A stretch of 64,000 nucleotides of DNA, from the NCBI GenBank assembly GCA_030704615.1, contig CM060731.1:1240001-1304000 (forward strand), read 5' to 3'. Origin of the DNA: Takakia lepidozioides. Taxonomy: Eukaryota > Plantae > Bryophyta. This document shows, one piece after another, positions 62,801 to 64,000 of this stretch. The notes beneath the pieces were generated by a model. That model had not been told where the DNA came from. It searched no databases and saw nothing but the letters and a program-made list of their open reading frames with translations. The translations under genes and the position numbers were made by a program. The first letter of the stretch is position 1. Each line of letters starts with the position of its first letter.

Positions 62801-64000
62801 AGCCGCCCAACACACAGAGAGGAGACACTGCCACAAGAGGTGACGTTTCTGTTAGTCCTCTCTCTTACTCACTCACCTCACAAACACACATCACCAGGAA
62901 AAAGGAAAACCCCAGGACAAACCTCATAAATCAAACCCCGCAACATATATGTAGTCATGGAGGATCATAGATGAAATTGGTGGATTGGCAACACTGCATC
63001 TTGACACAAATAGATATCCTTGGCACTGGGCCAAACCTACCAAGAGATTTAGGTGAAGGTTGAGACCCATTCTTCTGTAGAGATTGCATGTGCAGGCTAT
63101 CTCAACTACATTTCTGTTGGGCAACCAATAGGAGATTCAAGAAAAATTGAGATGAGGATGGAGTAGAATATAACTTCTCCTCGGCTTCAGCCAAGGTCTT
63201 TGCTTCCACGTAGAAGCCCCGCAGCTTGATCCATAGCTTCTCCCCAAACTTCTCTGCGGTCTCTGGAGCTGCACGTGCTTAAACTTCATCGTTCAGAAAT
63301 ACCACATTATTATCGAGCTAGTTTTGTTTGTTTCTCACTGGGAGTAAGATGCCTTTAATTTGCTGACTTAAGCTTGTCTAATCTCTCTTTTATCTTTCTT
63401 TCTGATCTTCAAACAAGGGCAAGCAGACGTATACAGTGGCCAATCTAGAATACCCCTGGTGTGCTGCAAAAAAACTCACTGGCGGATGCTGCTATATCAA
63501 CAGAAGTTCGCGGAGGGTGCGAGAAACAGGCAAACTTGGACGCCTATCCTTGACTTTCTTTTGTTAATTTTAAGGGAGCATATGAGGGTGTGCGTAAAGA
63601 CCAACAAGATTCACCACACAGACGCCTTGAGAATTTTATGCAAGAGATAACAAACTCGGAGTAGACACTTGTGTTCACAGATGGTAAGCCTTCAAAAAAG
63701 GAGATATTCTTCATGAAACTTCATGAATTAAATTTTCCGTTGGTAGCAAGCTGGTTCCTCTCCAATTTCTAATACACTGAATCCAGATACATCACTATAA
63801 ACATGTGACTCACATATCGAACAACCAAGCAAGCAAAAAAATTCCCTACACGGAGTTATCCCCCGAGCAACAAAGTCAGGACGCAAGAGACGGACCGGTC
63901 TGAGAAAGTTTCAAGTGGATTTTGTTGATTTTCCGTATCACCGCGTCCTGCTCTTTTCGCAAGCGGTCCAGCTCCTTGAGATGATGGTTTGCCGCCTCCA
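59868..64000 (-). CDS. SGF29: SAGA-associated factor 29 (double Tudor); start lies beyond the window end; includes a 14-nt micro-exon at 60376-60363
   Basis: KELDRLRKEQ, GDQVAARV, EWIVVKV, YEVIDEEP, KYKLP..CIIPLPKR, VLAVYPGTTALYKA, FLLEFDGDEE, VPFHHVVQLPEGHRQ*. Confidence 0.93.

Overview
Eukaryotic nuclear DNA from a land plant. A non-seed plant (bryophyte-like) is my inference from gene content and TE types. Host genes: a putative pectin/SAM methyltransferase (PMT/DUF248 family, +, 5' end not found), two divergent glyoxal/galactose-oxidase (AA5_1) paralogs, SELO/UPF0061 (-), a SAM-methyltransferase-like gene (+) and SGF29 (-, runs off the window). Between the oxidases lie a 1.47-kb piggyBac-like element (TTAA TSD), a chromoviral Ty3/gypsy element nested inside a copy of itself (TSD CCGCG), a LINE-like remnant and a fold-back MITE. 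The most unusual object is a ~9.4-kb transposase-less module (~9.3-18.7 kb). It is bounded by two mutually inverted arrays of a 24-bp palindrome (GCGACCGCC-N6-GGCGGTCGC) and carries two convergent, intronless, decayed genes (an NLS + protein kinase and a 780-codon NLS + RING-H2 protein). These genes are separated by ~2.4 kb made largely of back-to-back long hairpins and 120-bp repeats. A SELO last-exon relic at ~8.9 kb suggests an old inverted duplication of the oxidase-SELO segment. A 75-bp 25S/28S rDNA fragment centred on the R2/I-PpoI site lies at 19.6 kb. All coordinates were read by eye and may be off by a few bases.
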